In this document: piece after piece, positions 8,846 to 18,284 of the stretch
How the letters are laid out: every line of letters begins with the position of its first letter
Numbering within the stretch: the stretch's first letter is position 1
Virus record (IMG/VR): IMGVR_UViG_3300032254_000001
Span: 160,001 to 224,000 of that record
Direction: 5' to 3' (one strand)
Source of the DNA: a virus
Lineage: Duplodnaviria > Caudoviricetes
DNA length: 64,000 nt
The notes under the pieces: model-generated
The model's database searches: none
Seen by the model: only the letters and a program-made list of their open reading frames with translations
What the model was told of the DNA's origin: nothing
Made by a program: the position numbers and the translations under genes

Positions 8846-10005
8846 TACTTTTTCTTTACCTCCGTTGGGTGATTAATTAGCGATTTAGTGATCCGCACCT
8901 TATTTATGTCATTTCTTGTATACTTGTTAATATTGAACATGTGTGGTAACAATGCTGTTTCCATTATTGAGCGTAAACTACGCGCTCCTGTCTTTTTCCC
9001 TATTGCAATGTTAACAACCTGTTTTAATGCTTCTTTATCGAATGTTAAACGTACATCATTATATTTAAATAGATGCTTGTACTGTGATACCAAGTTATTT
9101 TCTACATCCATTAATACATTTAACATATCATCTTGTGTTAGTTCTTGCACTTCTGCAACTATTGGAAATCTACTAACAAATTCTGGTATTAACCCAAACT
9201 CAATAAGGTCTGTTGGTTCAGCATCTTTAATGTATCTGTTATCGACGTCAGCTGTATAACCAATCTGCGATGGTTGTTGCTTACGTTTCTTAATCTTATC
9301 AAGTCCTACGAATGCGCCACTAGCAATAAACAAGATATTATTTGTGTTAATTTCTATTGTGTTTTCTTCGCGTCTACCAAGATCAATTGTAAAGGTTGAA
9401 CCTTCAACTAATTTCAATAGTGCTTGCTGTACGCCTTCTCCGCCTGGTTCCTTGCCGTTAGTAGATGAACCAGACTTTGCAATTTTATCAATCTCGTCTA
9501 AGAAGATAATGCCACGTTCGGCTTTATCAACATCGCCACCTGCTGCACTTAATAGCTTAACTAGTATCGAATCAACGTCTTCGCCAACATAACCAGACTC
9601 AGTTAATGTAGTTGCATCTGCGATTACAAACGGTACTTCTAAGTACCCTGCTATTGTCTTTGCAAGTAACGTCTTGCCCGAACCTGTCGGTCCTAGTAAC
9701 ATTACATTACTTTTATCTAGTGTTGCCTTATCTGTGTTAAGTCGTTTAACATGGTTAGCAACTGCTACACTTAAAATAGTTTTTGCGGAATCTTGACTTG
9801 TTACGTAGAGGTCTAAGTAATCCTTTAATTCCATTGGGTTGATGTCGTCTAGCTTAGGCATTTCTCGTTTTTCATCGCCTGCTTCACTTGCTAGTATTCC
9901 TAAACATACATCAATACATGCATCGCATATGCCTACTTTTTCACCTAGTACTAACTTATTAACTTGGTGCTGTGTTCTATTACAAAAATTACATTGTTCT
10001 GTCAT
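8845..10005 (-). CDS. clpX: ClpX-like AAA+ unfoldase
   Basis: N-terminal C4 zinc finger, GPTGSGKT, GYVGEDV, IFLDEIDK, GEGVQQALLK, IGY loop, GARSLR. Confidence 0.93.
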   Translation of the reverse strand: MTEQCNFCNRTQHQVNKLVLGEKVGICDACIDVCLGILASEAGDEKREMPKLDDINPMELKDYLDLYVTSQDSAKTILSVAVANHVKRLNTDKATLDKSNVMLLGPTGSGKTLLAKTIAGYLEVPFVIADATTLTESGYVGEDVDSILVKLLSAAGGDVDKAERGIIFLDEIDKIAKSGSSTNGKEPGGEGVQQALLKLVEGSTFTIDLGRREENTIEINTNNILFIASGAFVGLDKIKKRKQQPSQIGYTADVDNRYIKDAEPTDLIEFGLIPEFVSRFPIVAEVQELTQDDMLNVLMDVENNLVSQYKHLFKYNDVRLTFDKEALKQVVNIAIGKKTGARSLRSIMETALLPHMFNINKYTRNDINKVRITKSLINHPTEVKKK

Positions 10006-10016
10006 CGCGTTACCTC

Positions 10017-11936
10017 TTAATCACGACCCAGCAGATCCTCGATGTGTTGTTTCTCTGCTTCGTTCAATAGCCCCGGATTATACGTGCCATTGCCGACCCT
10101 TTTAATTAACGCTTTGATGTATTCATGACTATAAGCGGTAAAGTTTAAAACATTTTTATCTATTCCATCCCAGTCACGACCATTAAAGATATACAGGTGT
10201 GTTGGGTCTAGGTCAGTACGTAAAAACATCCTGCCTAGCGTGTTATTTGTCACTGGAAACTCAGTGCCAGATTTTACTTCTTGTTCAAAGTCAAATTTAA
10301 TTGACGGGAACGACTGGATGAGTGCTTCAGTCCTAAACACCTTCCCGTTGAAATTAATATAGTTCTCGCCAACTTTAGTTAAGGAAATCTTACCATCTAA
10401 TGTATGTGGTAAATCACGCAAGTCTTTTGCAATATCACTTAACTCATTAAGGTCCTTCCATGGGCCTTCGTTTATACTATGTGCTTCTTCCGGCTCTGGT
10501 TCTTCAACCTTAACTTCTTCTATATCTTCGTCAAAGCCATGTGTTGCTTCGTATACACCATTCTCTGCATCTTCCCAATCAATTTGTTCTTTTGATGCGA
10601 AGTTAACTTTACTTACCTCGGTCTCAACAGGTGGTTCAGGTGGTTCAGGTTCAAGTGGTTCAACAAGCTCCTCCACAGGATAGTCTTTTAAAAGTTCATC
10701 CATTGTGTATTTTGGTTCTTCTTTGTCTGCAAGTTCTTTGAGTTCTGCACGGCCTCTATCAAATGAGTGTTGTGCTGCAATCAATAGCAATACTGCAAAT
10801 GGATCGAATACAAATATAATAAGGATGATTAACCACGTAACTGCTTTTTCAAGTAAGTTAGCATCTGCTTCTTGTCCGTACACAAACTCTGCTATGTACT
10901 TGATCGGACCAACTTCAGCTTCTAGTTTACGTGTGCTTGCCTCAAGCTCGTACTTCTGTTCTGTTAAAGTATCAAGTTCGGCATTTGCTTGTTTGTTCTT
11001 TTTGTGTTCAGCTGCAATTAAAGTTTCGATATCGTTCGCATTGGACTTGCCCATACGCGCTCGCAAACTCTTAATGGTTGCATTGCTTTCGTCTATTTCT
11101 GTTTGTACAGATGCACGGATACGATTGATTTCTTGTTGTGCTGCTGCTGTTGCTGCGGAAGGTGTGCCCCTAATGTCATCAATTTTTCCTAATAGGAAAT
11201 CACGCCTTGCTTCGTTGCGCTCTCTAAATGCTTTAATAGCTTTTTCTGTTTCGCCTTTGTACGAACCATCTGGCTTAGTACCTACTATGCCTTGCGCTGT
11301 TCTAATCTGACGTTTGTTAAGTGCTGTCTGTAAATCACCTAGCTGTTTGTTAATTGCATCAAGCTCAGACTTATAAGGTACGGTACGTCCTTCTGTCTTT
11401 GTTTCATCTGTTGCAATGATATCAAGCTGTACTTGTATGACTGGCTTAACACGATCATACGCTGAATCAATACGCTGCTGTTCTTTATCAATTTGAGCAT
11501 TAAGTCCGGCATCAACACCGCTACCGTTATCCTCGTAGCCTCTAATCTTTTGTTCAGAGCGAGCAATGATAGCATTATTCCTGGCTATCTCTGCTTCAAT
11601 GCGATCAACCTGTGCTACGCTTTCCTGTGATTGTGCTGTTTGTTCAACGTGGGATTTAGATAGATATCCAAAGATACCCATAGATGTGATAAACATGACA
11701 CCTGCTACAATAAGCGCCATTCCGAATACTAACAATCGGTTCTTATCCTTGTAATTGTAATGTAACCAAATGACTGCAACTAGCTTGCCAACTTCAATGG
11801 ATGTGCCCATTACTATAATCGATGTAGCATACGCGCTGAAAATAGCTGCTAAACCAGCTACACTAAAATAGATTGCAATGCTACTAATGAACAGAGCCGA
11901 AATTAAGGCAATATAGCCCAGTCTTATATTCAACAT
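10017..11936 (-). CDS. multi-pass membrane protein with long coiled coil and acidic tail
   Basis: About 3 N-terminal TM helices, heptad region, TM at VTWLIILIIFVFDPFAVLLLIAA. Confidence 0.8.
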   Translation of the reverse strand: MLNIRLGYIALISALFISSIAIYFSVAGLAAIFSAYATSIIVMGTSIEVGKLVAVIWLHYNYKDKNRLLVFGMALIVAGVMFITSMGIFGYLSKSHVEQTAQSQESVAQVDRIEAEIARNNAIIARSEQKIRGYEDNGSGVDAGLNAQIDKEQQRIDSAYDRVKPVIQVQLDIIATDETKTEGRTVPYKSELDAINKQLGDLQTALNKRQIRTAQGIVGTKPDGSYKGETEKAIKAFRERNEARRDFLLGKIDDIRGTPSAATAAAQQEINRIRASVQTEIDESNATIKSLRARMGKSNANDIETLIAAEHKKNKQANAELDTLTEQKYELEASTRKLEAEVGPIKYIAEFVYGQEADANLLEKAVTWLIILIIFVFDPFAVLLLIAAQHSFDRGRAELKELADKEEPKYTMDELLKDYPVEELVEPLEPEPPEPPVETEVSKVNFASKEQIDWEDAENGVYEATHGFDEDIEEVKVEEPEPEEAHSINEGPWKDLNELSDIAKDLRDLPHTLDGKISLTKVGENYINFNGKVFRTEALIQSFPSIKFDFEQEVKSGTEFPVTNNTLGRMFLRTDLDPTHLYIFNGRDWDGIDKNVLNFTAYSHEYIKALIKRVGNGTYNPGLLNEAEKQHIEDLLGRD

Positions 11937-11951
11937 ATTATATATTTATGG

Positions 11952-12647
11952 TTAGGTAGGGTTCAGCTCCTGAGTTCTTGTGTAGTGCTCAAGAAACTCT
12001 TCGTCTGCTGCCTTGACAGTGGGATCCTCCCACTTGAAACGATGGGGTAGTAAGAAAGGAGTCTCTCTGTAGTACTTATTATGTAACTTAGCCCAGATCT
12101 CCTTTCGTTCTTCTTCTTTTTCATGCGCTGCAATCGCAGCCATAATCGTGTCCTGAATGCCCGGGAAATCCTGCGCAAAGAAACGATAGTCCCAGCTGAA
12201 GCAGTGAACGGTTGGGTAATTGCGGTTAAACAAATCAGGCACAAGCTTACGGGTTTGGTACTCTGCTGAGCAGATTTGCTTCCAAATGCCATCGTACGCA
12301 CCACCGCCACCGGAGCCTGTGTACGTCAGTGAACGGTTGAAATTACCGCTGCTACCAAAGGTATCCTTGCAACGGTTAGCATAGCGGATCCACACACGAC
12401 CACCAAAACCTGGGTATCCGCGAAGATTGCCCTCACCGTCAGTATTTTTACCACTCCAGTTTGAGTAACCGTCAATTGGAGCATTGTGTGAGTTTGACAC
12501 CATTTTTTGGTATTTGATATCCCAAGCAAAACCAACAACAGGATCCTTCTCGTTAATTACTGCAATAACAGACTCAGCAATCTCGTCAAGGGTCTCTGGG
12601 GTTTTACCATAAATGTCTTTAATCTTTTGCTGCTTAGGATGTAACAT
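11952..12647 (-). CDS. hypothetical protein (probably early)
   Basis: 231-aa ORF with GGAGA SD, downstream of ligase. Confidence 0.75.
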   Translation of the reverse strand: MLHPKQQKIKDIYGKTPETLDEIAESVIAVINEKDPVVGFAWDIKYQKMVSNSHNAPIDGYSNWSGKNTDGEGNLRGYPGFGGRVWIRYANRCKDTFGSSGNFNRSLTYTGSGGGGAYDGIWKQICSAEYQTRKLVPDLFNRNYPTVHCFSWDYRFFAQDFPGIQDTIMAAIAAHEKEEERKEIWAKLHNKYYRETPFLLPHRFKWEDPTVKAADEEFLEHYTRTQELNPT

Positions 12648-12673
12648 ACTATCTCCAGATACAAATTAAAAGG

Positions 12674-14041
12674 TTATATCTTTTCGCCTGGGGCAAAACC
12701 GCGGAAGCCTACGAAGCGAGGGAATCTTAAACTATAAGTATCCTCTGAGTCTTCAGCTTGTGTAACTACGTCAGCTTTAACTTCTGCAATGAAGCCAAGT
12801 AGCTCCTTACGTCTATTCCAAAAATCATCACGTTGTGCATCACTAAAACCGCCGCCTACGTTAACTCGTATAAAACGACCGTCGTCTGTGCCTTCACATA
12901 CAAATGCACCAAGTCTGCCTAAGTTGCGACCTGTGCCTTCTTCAACATCAACTACTGCCAAGTCAACTGTAATAGTTGGCTTCCACTTCATCCATGCTGT
13001 ACGGCGTTTGCATACATAAGGAGCATCCGGATCCTTAATCATAATGCCTTCATAACCAAGTTCGATTTGATCTTTTGCAAAGCGGTCCATAACACTGCGA
13101 CCGTCTGCTGTATCAAGATCTACTTCAATACCACTAATGATATGTAAGCTAGAACATGTTTGGTTAACACGGTCCTTAATAGAACCAAGCCAATCATTTG
13201 AACGAACGCTTTGTGGCATTGTCCACAGACCTTTGTTAAACTTGTCTAATGGGATAATGTCAAAAATAGTAAACACTGCATTGGCTGTATCAATATCAGA
13301 CTTGCGTTGTGCTTGCTTCATTAATGCTTGGAAGTTCTCACTGATGATTTCTCCATCTAGTACGAACTTAGTAATTCTGTTTTCAGTCCAAGGACTGTTC
13401 GTGTACAGTTTAACGCATTCTGTTAATTGGTCTTCAATATGCGGAAAGTTGTTAAATGGTTTGCCGTTACGACTAAACAACTGTACCTTAGTTTTCTCAG
13501 GAAAAGAAATATCAACAATAGCTAAACAGCGTATACCATCTAGCTTTGGTTCAAGTATCTTTTTACCTGAAACTTTCTTTGGGTGTTTCGCGCTGTCTGT
13601 TGCTAGCTGCGATTCAAAAATGGGTATTTCGTATTTGGTACCTTTAAGTACTTTGTTGAATGAACTAATGGTTGCCCCAACACGTAGATCTTTAAGTATA
13701 ACTGGACGAAGTAAGTTGTTCCAAAGATCACTAGTGTAATCCATGCTAGCACGTTCTAATTCAGCTACGGCAGCATTGCCGGTAAATTCACGTGCTTGCA
13801 ATGCTTGGAGCAATGTTACAAAATCTTTGATTGTTGCTGTATTAGTATTTACAGCTATTGTCTCAGGTACTTTCTTAGTGTTGTAAACGTTAAATGGGTT
13901 CAGGGCATACCAAGCCATAATAAGGAACTCATCTGCATCCTTTGCACCAATATTAGCAGCTTCTAATGCTTGCTTAATTACATCAAGTTTGTGTAACTTG
14001 CTGTTAGATTCGTTCAGTTTGTTTATCCAATTGTGTGGCAT
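12674..14041 (-). CDS. ATP-dependent DNA ligase (gp30-like)
   Basis: EPKLDGIR (motif I), LDGEI, EGIMIK, KWKP, OB domain, SLRFPRF. Confidence 0.95.
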   Translation of the reverse strand: MPHNWINKLNESNSKLHKLDVIKQALEAANIGAKDADEFLIMAWYALNPFNVYNTKKVPETIAVNTNTATIKDFVTLLQALQAREFTGNAAVAELERASMDYTSDLWNNLLRPVILKDLRVGATISSFNKVLKGTKYEIPIFESQLATDSAKHPKKVSGKKILEPKLDGIRCLAIVDISFPEKTKVQLFSRNGKPFNNFPHIEDQLTECVKLYTNSPWTENRITKFVLDGEIISENFQALMKQAQRKSDIDTANAVFTIFDIIPLDKFNKGLWTMPQSVRSNDWLGSIKDRVNQTCSSLHIISGIEVDLDTADGRSVMDRFAKDQIELGYEGIMIKDPDAPYVCKRRTAWMKWKPTITVDLAVVDVEEGTGRNLGRLGAFVCEGTDDGRFIRVNVGGGFSDAQRDDFWNRRKELLGFIAEVKADVVTQAEDSEDTYSLRFPRFVGFRGFAPGEKI

Positions 14042-14068
14042 GCAGGGTGATCTCCAGTTATTTAAGTA

Positions 14069-14097
14069 ATTATAACGGAATTATCCAGAAAGGTCAA
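14069..14097 (-). promoter_or_regulatory. sigma70-type early promoter for the ligase
   Basis: GG-TTGACC-N17-TATAAT. Confidence 0.8.
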
Positions 14098-14114
14098 CCT
14101 ATTTTTGCTGATTT

Positions 14115-16022
14115 TTACGAAATATTGCCCGGTTCTACAGTAGATGGCTGGTCATTTATCAGGTTATCTGAGGATACATTAGCTTCATTCAGCTTATCCA
14201 AATTCCTGCCCTCACGCATTGCCCCAATTATGGCATCGCCGCCCTGGGTGTCTGTAGCTAGTATTTCGAGTATTTCAGCAACATCGCCCTTGCTTGTCTT
14301 CTTACCGTGTTGATGTAAGTTTTCAGCAAAGGCTAGAGTGGTCTTTTTGTTTGCTGGTATTCCGTTGCGTAGCGGATCGGCTGTTTCAAAGCCTGGTAGG
14401 TAAGTAACTTCGAATCTAACTTCCGATTCCCAAAGTTGCTCAAGTTCTGTTTTAATGCTCGTTATTGATCCAATGTATGCTGCGGTTGCATCAGCATGAT
14501 CAGTTAGGTTCGCATCAGTTAAAACAGTAATACCGTCTGGTAGTACCGTGTCTATCAAATCTACTAACGCTGCTGTCTTGTCAGCATGTATTCCGTTGCC
14601 CGGAATACTTGGATCAACTGCATGTGGGTTAGGTATTTCAACATGATATGTTTGTGGGTCTGGCGGTGTTGGTGGTGGATCAGCAACTGTGTACACACCG
14701 GCGACAACGTCTCGTATAACTTCCAGCGTGTAATGAATCCAATCTAGTTCACCGGTTGTTTCCCAAGTACTAATCACTGAGTTCAGTGTTGCCTGGTTTG
14801 CAACATGTGGTACGCCTGCTGGAGTACCTACTAGGTCGGTAAGATAAAACGTTCCGTCTGGTCCTGTGCCACCGCCCATCTCTGCTAAGAAGAATGCAGA
14901 TGTTGATGCTGGTAGTGCTTCTGTTAATGCGCTGGTATTAGTCAGTCCGCTATTACTTTCAATCGCTGTTGCTGCTTCGCCAAGTTGCTGAGGTGAAGAG
15001 TTTATAATACCTTTTATCTGTCCTAACGAAATTGCAAATGCAATATTGGCTCTTGTTTGATCAGGTGGCATAACTGCCGGTGCTGCAAGATCATATGCTG
15101 CAACATACGGTGCGATGTCAGTAGCATTAATGTAAATGTTCTCAAGTGTTCCATTGTTTGGAGCAGTAAGAGTGGTATAGGTAGTAGGGAATATTTTAGT
15201 TAAGTCTAATAAGTCCGATAATGCAGTGATACCTGTTGTTGTGAACTGCATTACTGATAGAATTTGTTCTAGCTTGGCACCTGTCACTGTTACGAATGCA
15301 TCATAGCAACGTTTCTGCGCTGCTGGTTTTAATATTGATTCAGGGTTATCATTAATTGCAGCTTGTAAGTCAAACATGTCAACACCTTGTGCTTCAAGTT
15401 CATCTGCAATTGTCGCTATCATGTTTATACTCATCAACGACTCTAGCAATGCTTGTGGTGTGCCAATGTTATCTACTTTCGTAAAACTAAACAAGAAGCC
15501 AGTGTTAACCAACTCAGTCGCAAAGGCATGTACATCTGTGCTAAGTGCTGTGATGTTACCCGACATTAATGCATCGCCTGATGTAAAGGTTTGCTCAGTT
15601 AATGCAGCACCGTTGACGGCACTGTTAACATATGTGTTTGCTACATCCATGTGACCCATTGCAATTTGCAGGTAAGTTATATATTGTCCTACACTAGGAA
15701 ACATATTATCTATGTGCGTATTAAGAAAGGTATCATAGTAATGTGTATCAATGCCTTGCGCCAATGGGTTTACATTAGTCAAGTAAGGTGCGGTAGTATC
15801 AAGTGCGTATATAAACGAATCGATAAGCGCCTGTGAGATACCATCTGGATTAGTTGTTACATCGTAAAGGTCAGACTCAAGCACTGCAACGGTATTAAGA
15901 TAATCAAGTACAATAGCTTGATTAGCATATGTACTAACGTCTAAATCAGTGTTAAGTTCAATGGCTGTTTCGTTTAAAAGGCCTTCGCCTGCCATCATTA
16001 TTAATGGAGTAAGTGAACCCAT
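14115..16022 (-). CDS. large virion structural protein, probably baseplate/tail-associated
   Basis: 635 aa, A/T-rich, immediately downstream of PAAR. Confidence 0.55.
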   Translation of the reverse strand: MGSLTPLIMMAGEGLLNETAIELNTDLDVSTYANQAIVLDYLNTVAVLESDLYDVTTNPDGISQALIDSFIYALDTTAPYLTNVNPLAQGIDTHYYDTFLNTHIDNMFPSVGQYITYLQIAMGHMDVANTYVNSAVNGAALTEQTFTSGDALMSGNITALSTDVHAFATELVNTGFLFSFTKVDNIGTPQALLESLMSINMIATIADELEAQGVDMFDLQAAINDNPESILKPAAQKRCYDAFVTVTGAKLEQILSVMQFTTTGITALSDLLDLTKIFPTTYTTLTAPNNGTLENIYINATDIAPYVAAYDLAAPAVMPPDQTRANIAFAISLGQIKGIINSSPQQLGEAATAIESNSGLTNTSALTEALPASTSAFFLAEMGGGTGPDGTFYLTDLVGTPAGVPHVANQATLNSVISTWETTGELDWIHYTLEVIRDVVAGVYTVADPPPTPPDPQTYHVEIPNPHAVDPSIPGNGIHADKTAALVDLIDTVLPDGITVLTDANLTDHADATAAYIGSITSIKTELEQLWESEVRFEVTYLPGFETADPLRNGIPANKKTTLAFAENLHQHGKKTSKGDVAEILEILATDTQGGDAIIGAMREGRNLDKLNEANVSSDNLINDQPSTVEPGNIS

Positions 16023-16023
16023 G

Positions 16024-16311
16024 TTATGCGCCTACAAATACAGTAGCGGCAAATGTTCTGCGATTGTGTCCGCATGAATCAATTGTACCGTTATGTAGTA
16101 CAGGCCTTCCCTCACACAAAACAGTTGAGCTACCGCCTACTGTTTTTGCTGAACAATGCGAACTACACCCCGGAGCACCGCAACATGGATGTGGCGTCAC
16201 AGGTTCGCCGGGCAGCATCACTGGTGCGCCTTCGGCAAAAACAGTACCGGCGCCACCAAGTGCGACACCGCCTGCTACATTAATATCTCCTTTCCTTACT
16301 ACGTTTGGCAT
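16024..16311 (-). CDS. PAAR-domain tail spike tip protein
   Basis: VVRKGD...GAGTVFAEG...H..CC...H...GSSTVLCEGRPVLHNG..SCGH. Confidence 0.9.
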   Translation of the reverse strand: MPNVVRKGDINVAGGVALGGAGTVFAEGAPVMLPGEPVTPHPCCGAPGCSSHCSAKTVGGSSTVLCEGRPVLHNGTIDSCGHNRRTFAATVFVGA

Positions 16312-16318
16312 GTAGTAT

Positions 16319-16639
16319 TTATCCAGTAATTATTTGCTTCGGACCAGGTGTGATAATACCTGACTTTTCTTCCTGTGGCTTAACTGATTCGATATATGCT
16401 TCTTTAACATCTTCGCGGCAAGGTAATGCTAGTGCTACACCAATATAGTGTAATAAGCCCTTTGTGCCAAATTCTGCTGTGAACATAACTGGCAGGAATT
16501 CCATACCATTTTGACCTTGGCCAATTGTTAGCGGTGCGTCTAAGTGATAACCTTCTTCGGCAATCTCTAATACTTTAGCTACTACTTCCTGACCACATGT
16601 TAGTTTAAATGAATAAATCTCGTCTGCTTTAATTTCCAT
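16319..16639 (-). CDS. conserved small beta-barrel (Sm-like) phage protein
   Basis: FKLTCGQEVVAKV N-terminus; GIITPGPK C-terminus. Confidence 0.6.
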   Translation of the reverse strand: MEIKADEIYSFKLTCGQEVVAKVLEIAEEGYHLDAPLTIGQGQNGMEFLPVMFTAEFGTKGLLHYIGVALALPCREDVKEAYIESVKPQEEKSGIITPGPKQIITG

Positions 16640-16889
16640 TAATTTCTCTAATTCTCAATGCTATTTGCTTTGTAGTCATTTTGTTAAGACCATCAAAGCC
16701 ACCTTCTACTAGAAGGGTTTCGGATACGTATAATTGTGGAACTGTTTTATGTCCGTTGCCTTTTAAAAAGCCTCGTGCATCGTCGTCTAAATCAATACGT
16801 ACTTCTTCGTACTGGTAACCGTGCTGCGATAATAGTGCTTTCGCTTTATCGCAATACGGACAACCTTCTTTACTAAAAACTCTAATCAT
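16629..16889 (-). CDS. glutaredoxin
   Basis: CPYC, TVPQ, GGFD; next to nrdAB. Confidence 0.93.
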   Translation of the reverse strand: MIRVFSKEGCPYCDKAKALLSQHGYQYEEVRIDLDDDARGFLKGNGHKTVPQLYVSETLLVEGGFDGLNKMTTKQIALRIREINGN

Positions 16890-16905
16890 TTATGTTTCCT
16901 TCGTG

Positions 16906-17124
16906 TTAAAAACTAGCGGCATCGGAATGCCAAAATAACTCTGCTAGTGCTGCTCTAAGCTTATCGTCGTCGACGTCCCAGTCTTTTTGCCATACTGCAA
17001 AGATACCCATATCACCCTCAGGGCGTTCTACTTGGTACTTGTCCTTTAAGAGCTGCATGATTTCATCATACGCTGCCTGTGATCTAATTACTGCAAATTC
17101 TTTACTTGGTCCCATTGCTGGCAT
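16906..17124 (-). CDS. hypothetical protein
   Basis: Own TATAAATA late promoter (17143-17150) and CAGGAG SD. Confidence 0.7.
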   Translation of the reverse strand: MPAMGPSKEFAVIRSQAAYDEIMQLLKDKYQVERPEGDMGIFAVWQKDWDVDDDKLRAALAELFWHSDAASF

Positions 17125-17153
17125 GTTGAGCTCCTGTTTTCATATTTATATAC

Positions 17154-18272
17154 CTACAGATCAAAGCCTTTAAATGTATCTCCGTCTACGTCTTGCTTGG
17201 TGCCGCCTACGATGTAACTCGAAAGCTGTACTTCCTGTGGTGCTACTTGTACGTCACCACCTGCAATCCATTTCTGGGTCCACGGTAATGGATTTGATCC
17301 ACCTTGGTATGGACTATCGATGCCCAGTGTTTGCATACGCTTATGGGCAATCCACTGTACGTAGTCTGTTAATAGGGCTTTGTTTAAACCAATCATCGAA
17401 CCATCTTTAAACAGGTACTCTGCCCATTCAATTTCTTGCTGAACAGCATCAGTAAACATTTTCTGTACTTCGTCTGCACATTCTTCTTTAATCTTAATAA
17501 AGTCCGGATCATCCTTAGGTAACAGCTTAAGCATTGTTTGAGTAAAGCCTAGGTGTAGGTTCTCGTCGCGGCAAATTAATTTGATTTCTTTTGCGTTGCC
17601 TTCCATTTGTTTTAATTCTGCGAATGCCCAGCTACATGCAAACGATACATAAAAGCGTATGCCTTCTAGTACGTTAACGCTGTTCATTACTAACCAGATC
17701 TTTTTCTTAATGTCGTATTCATCGACAACTACTTTCTTACCGTTGACTGTATGTGTGCCGAGTCCAAGCATTTGGTACGCTATCGCTACATCGTGTAACT
17801 CATCGTAGTACTTTGTAATTGCATCACTACAATCAACAATCTCTTTAATAGTAAGCAACTCGTCAAACACAATAGATGGATCTGAGTACACGTTACGAAT
17901 AACATGCGTGTATGCTCTGCTATGCAAGGATTCGTTTTCAGTCCACTTAGTCATCCAGTTTTCAAGTTCTGGTATACTAACAAGTGGTAACAATGTTAGT
18001 GAAGGCGAACGGCCTTGTACACTATCTAATAGGATTTGACGTTTAAGGTTTGATGTAAAGATGTGCTGTTCGCTAGCTGTAAGATTCTTAAAATCATTAC
18101 TATCTTTGCTTAAGTCAACTTCAGTCGGTTGCCAAAAGAAACCAAGCTGACGTTCGGTCATCTTATCAATTGCTTTGTACTTCAAGTCATCATAACGTTG
18201 TATGTCCACTTGACCGTCTAAGAACATTTTACGATCTGTTGCTGCTTTTTTGTTTACTTTAAATACGCTCAT
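17154..18272 (-). CDS. nrdB: class Ia ribonucleotide reductase beta subunit
   Basis: FFWQPTEV, LDSVQGR, ESLHSRAY, LEGIRFYVSF, RDENLH. Confidence 0.97.
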   Translation of the reverse strand: MSVFKVNKKAATDRKMFLDGQVDIQRYDDLKYKAIDKMTERQLGFFWQPTEVDLSKDSNDFKNLTASEQHIFTSNLKRQILLDSVQGRSPSLTLLPLVSIPELENWMTKWTENESLHSRAYTHVIRNVYSDPSIVFDELLTIKEIVDCSDAITKYYDELHDVAIAYQMLGLGTHTVNGKKVVVDEYDIKKKIWLVMNSVNVLEGIRFYVSFACSWAFAELKQMEGNAKEIKLICRDENLHLGFTQTMLKLLPKDDPDFIKIKEECADEVQKMFTDAVQQEIEWAEYLFKDGSMIGLNKALLTDYVQWIAHKRMQTLGIDSPYQGGSNPLPWTQKWIAGGDVQVAPQEVQLSSYIVGGTKQDVDGDTFKGFDL

Positions 18273-18284
18273 CTTTCTGCCTTA

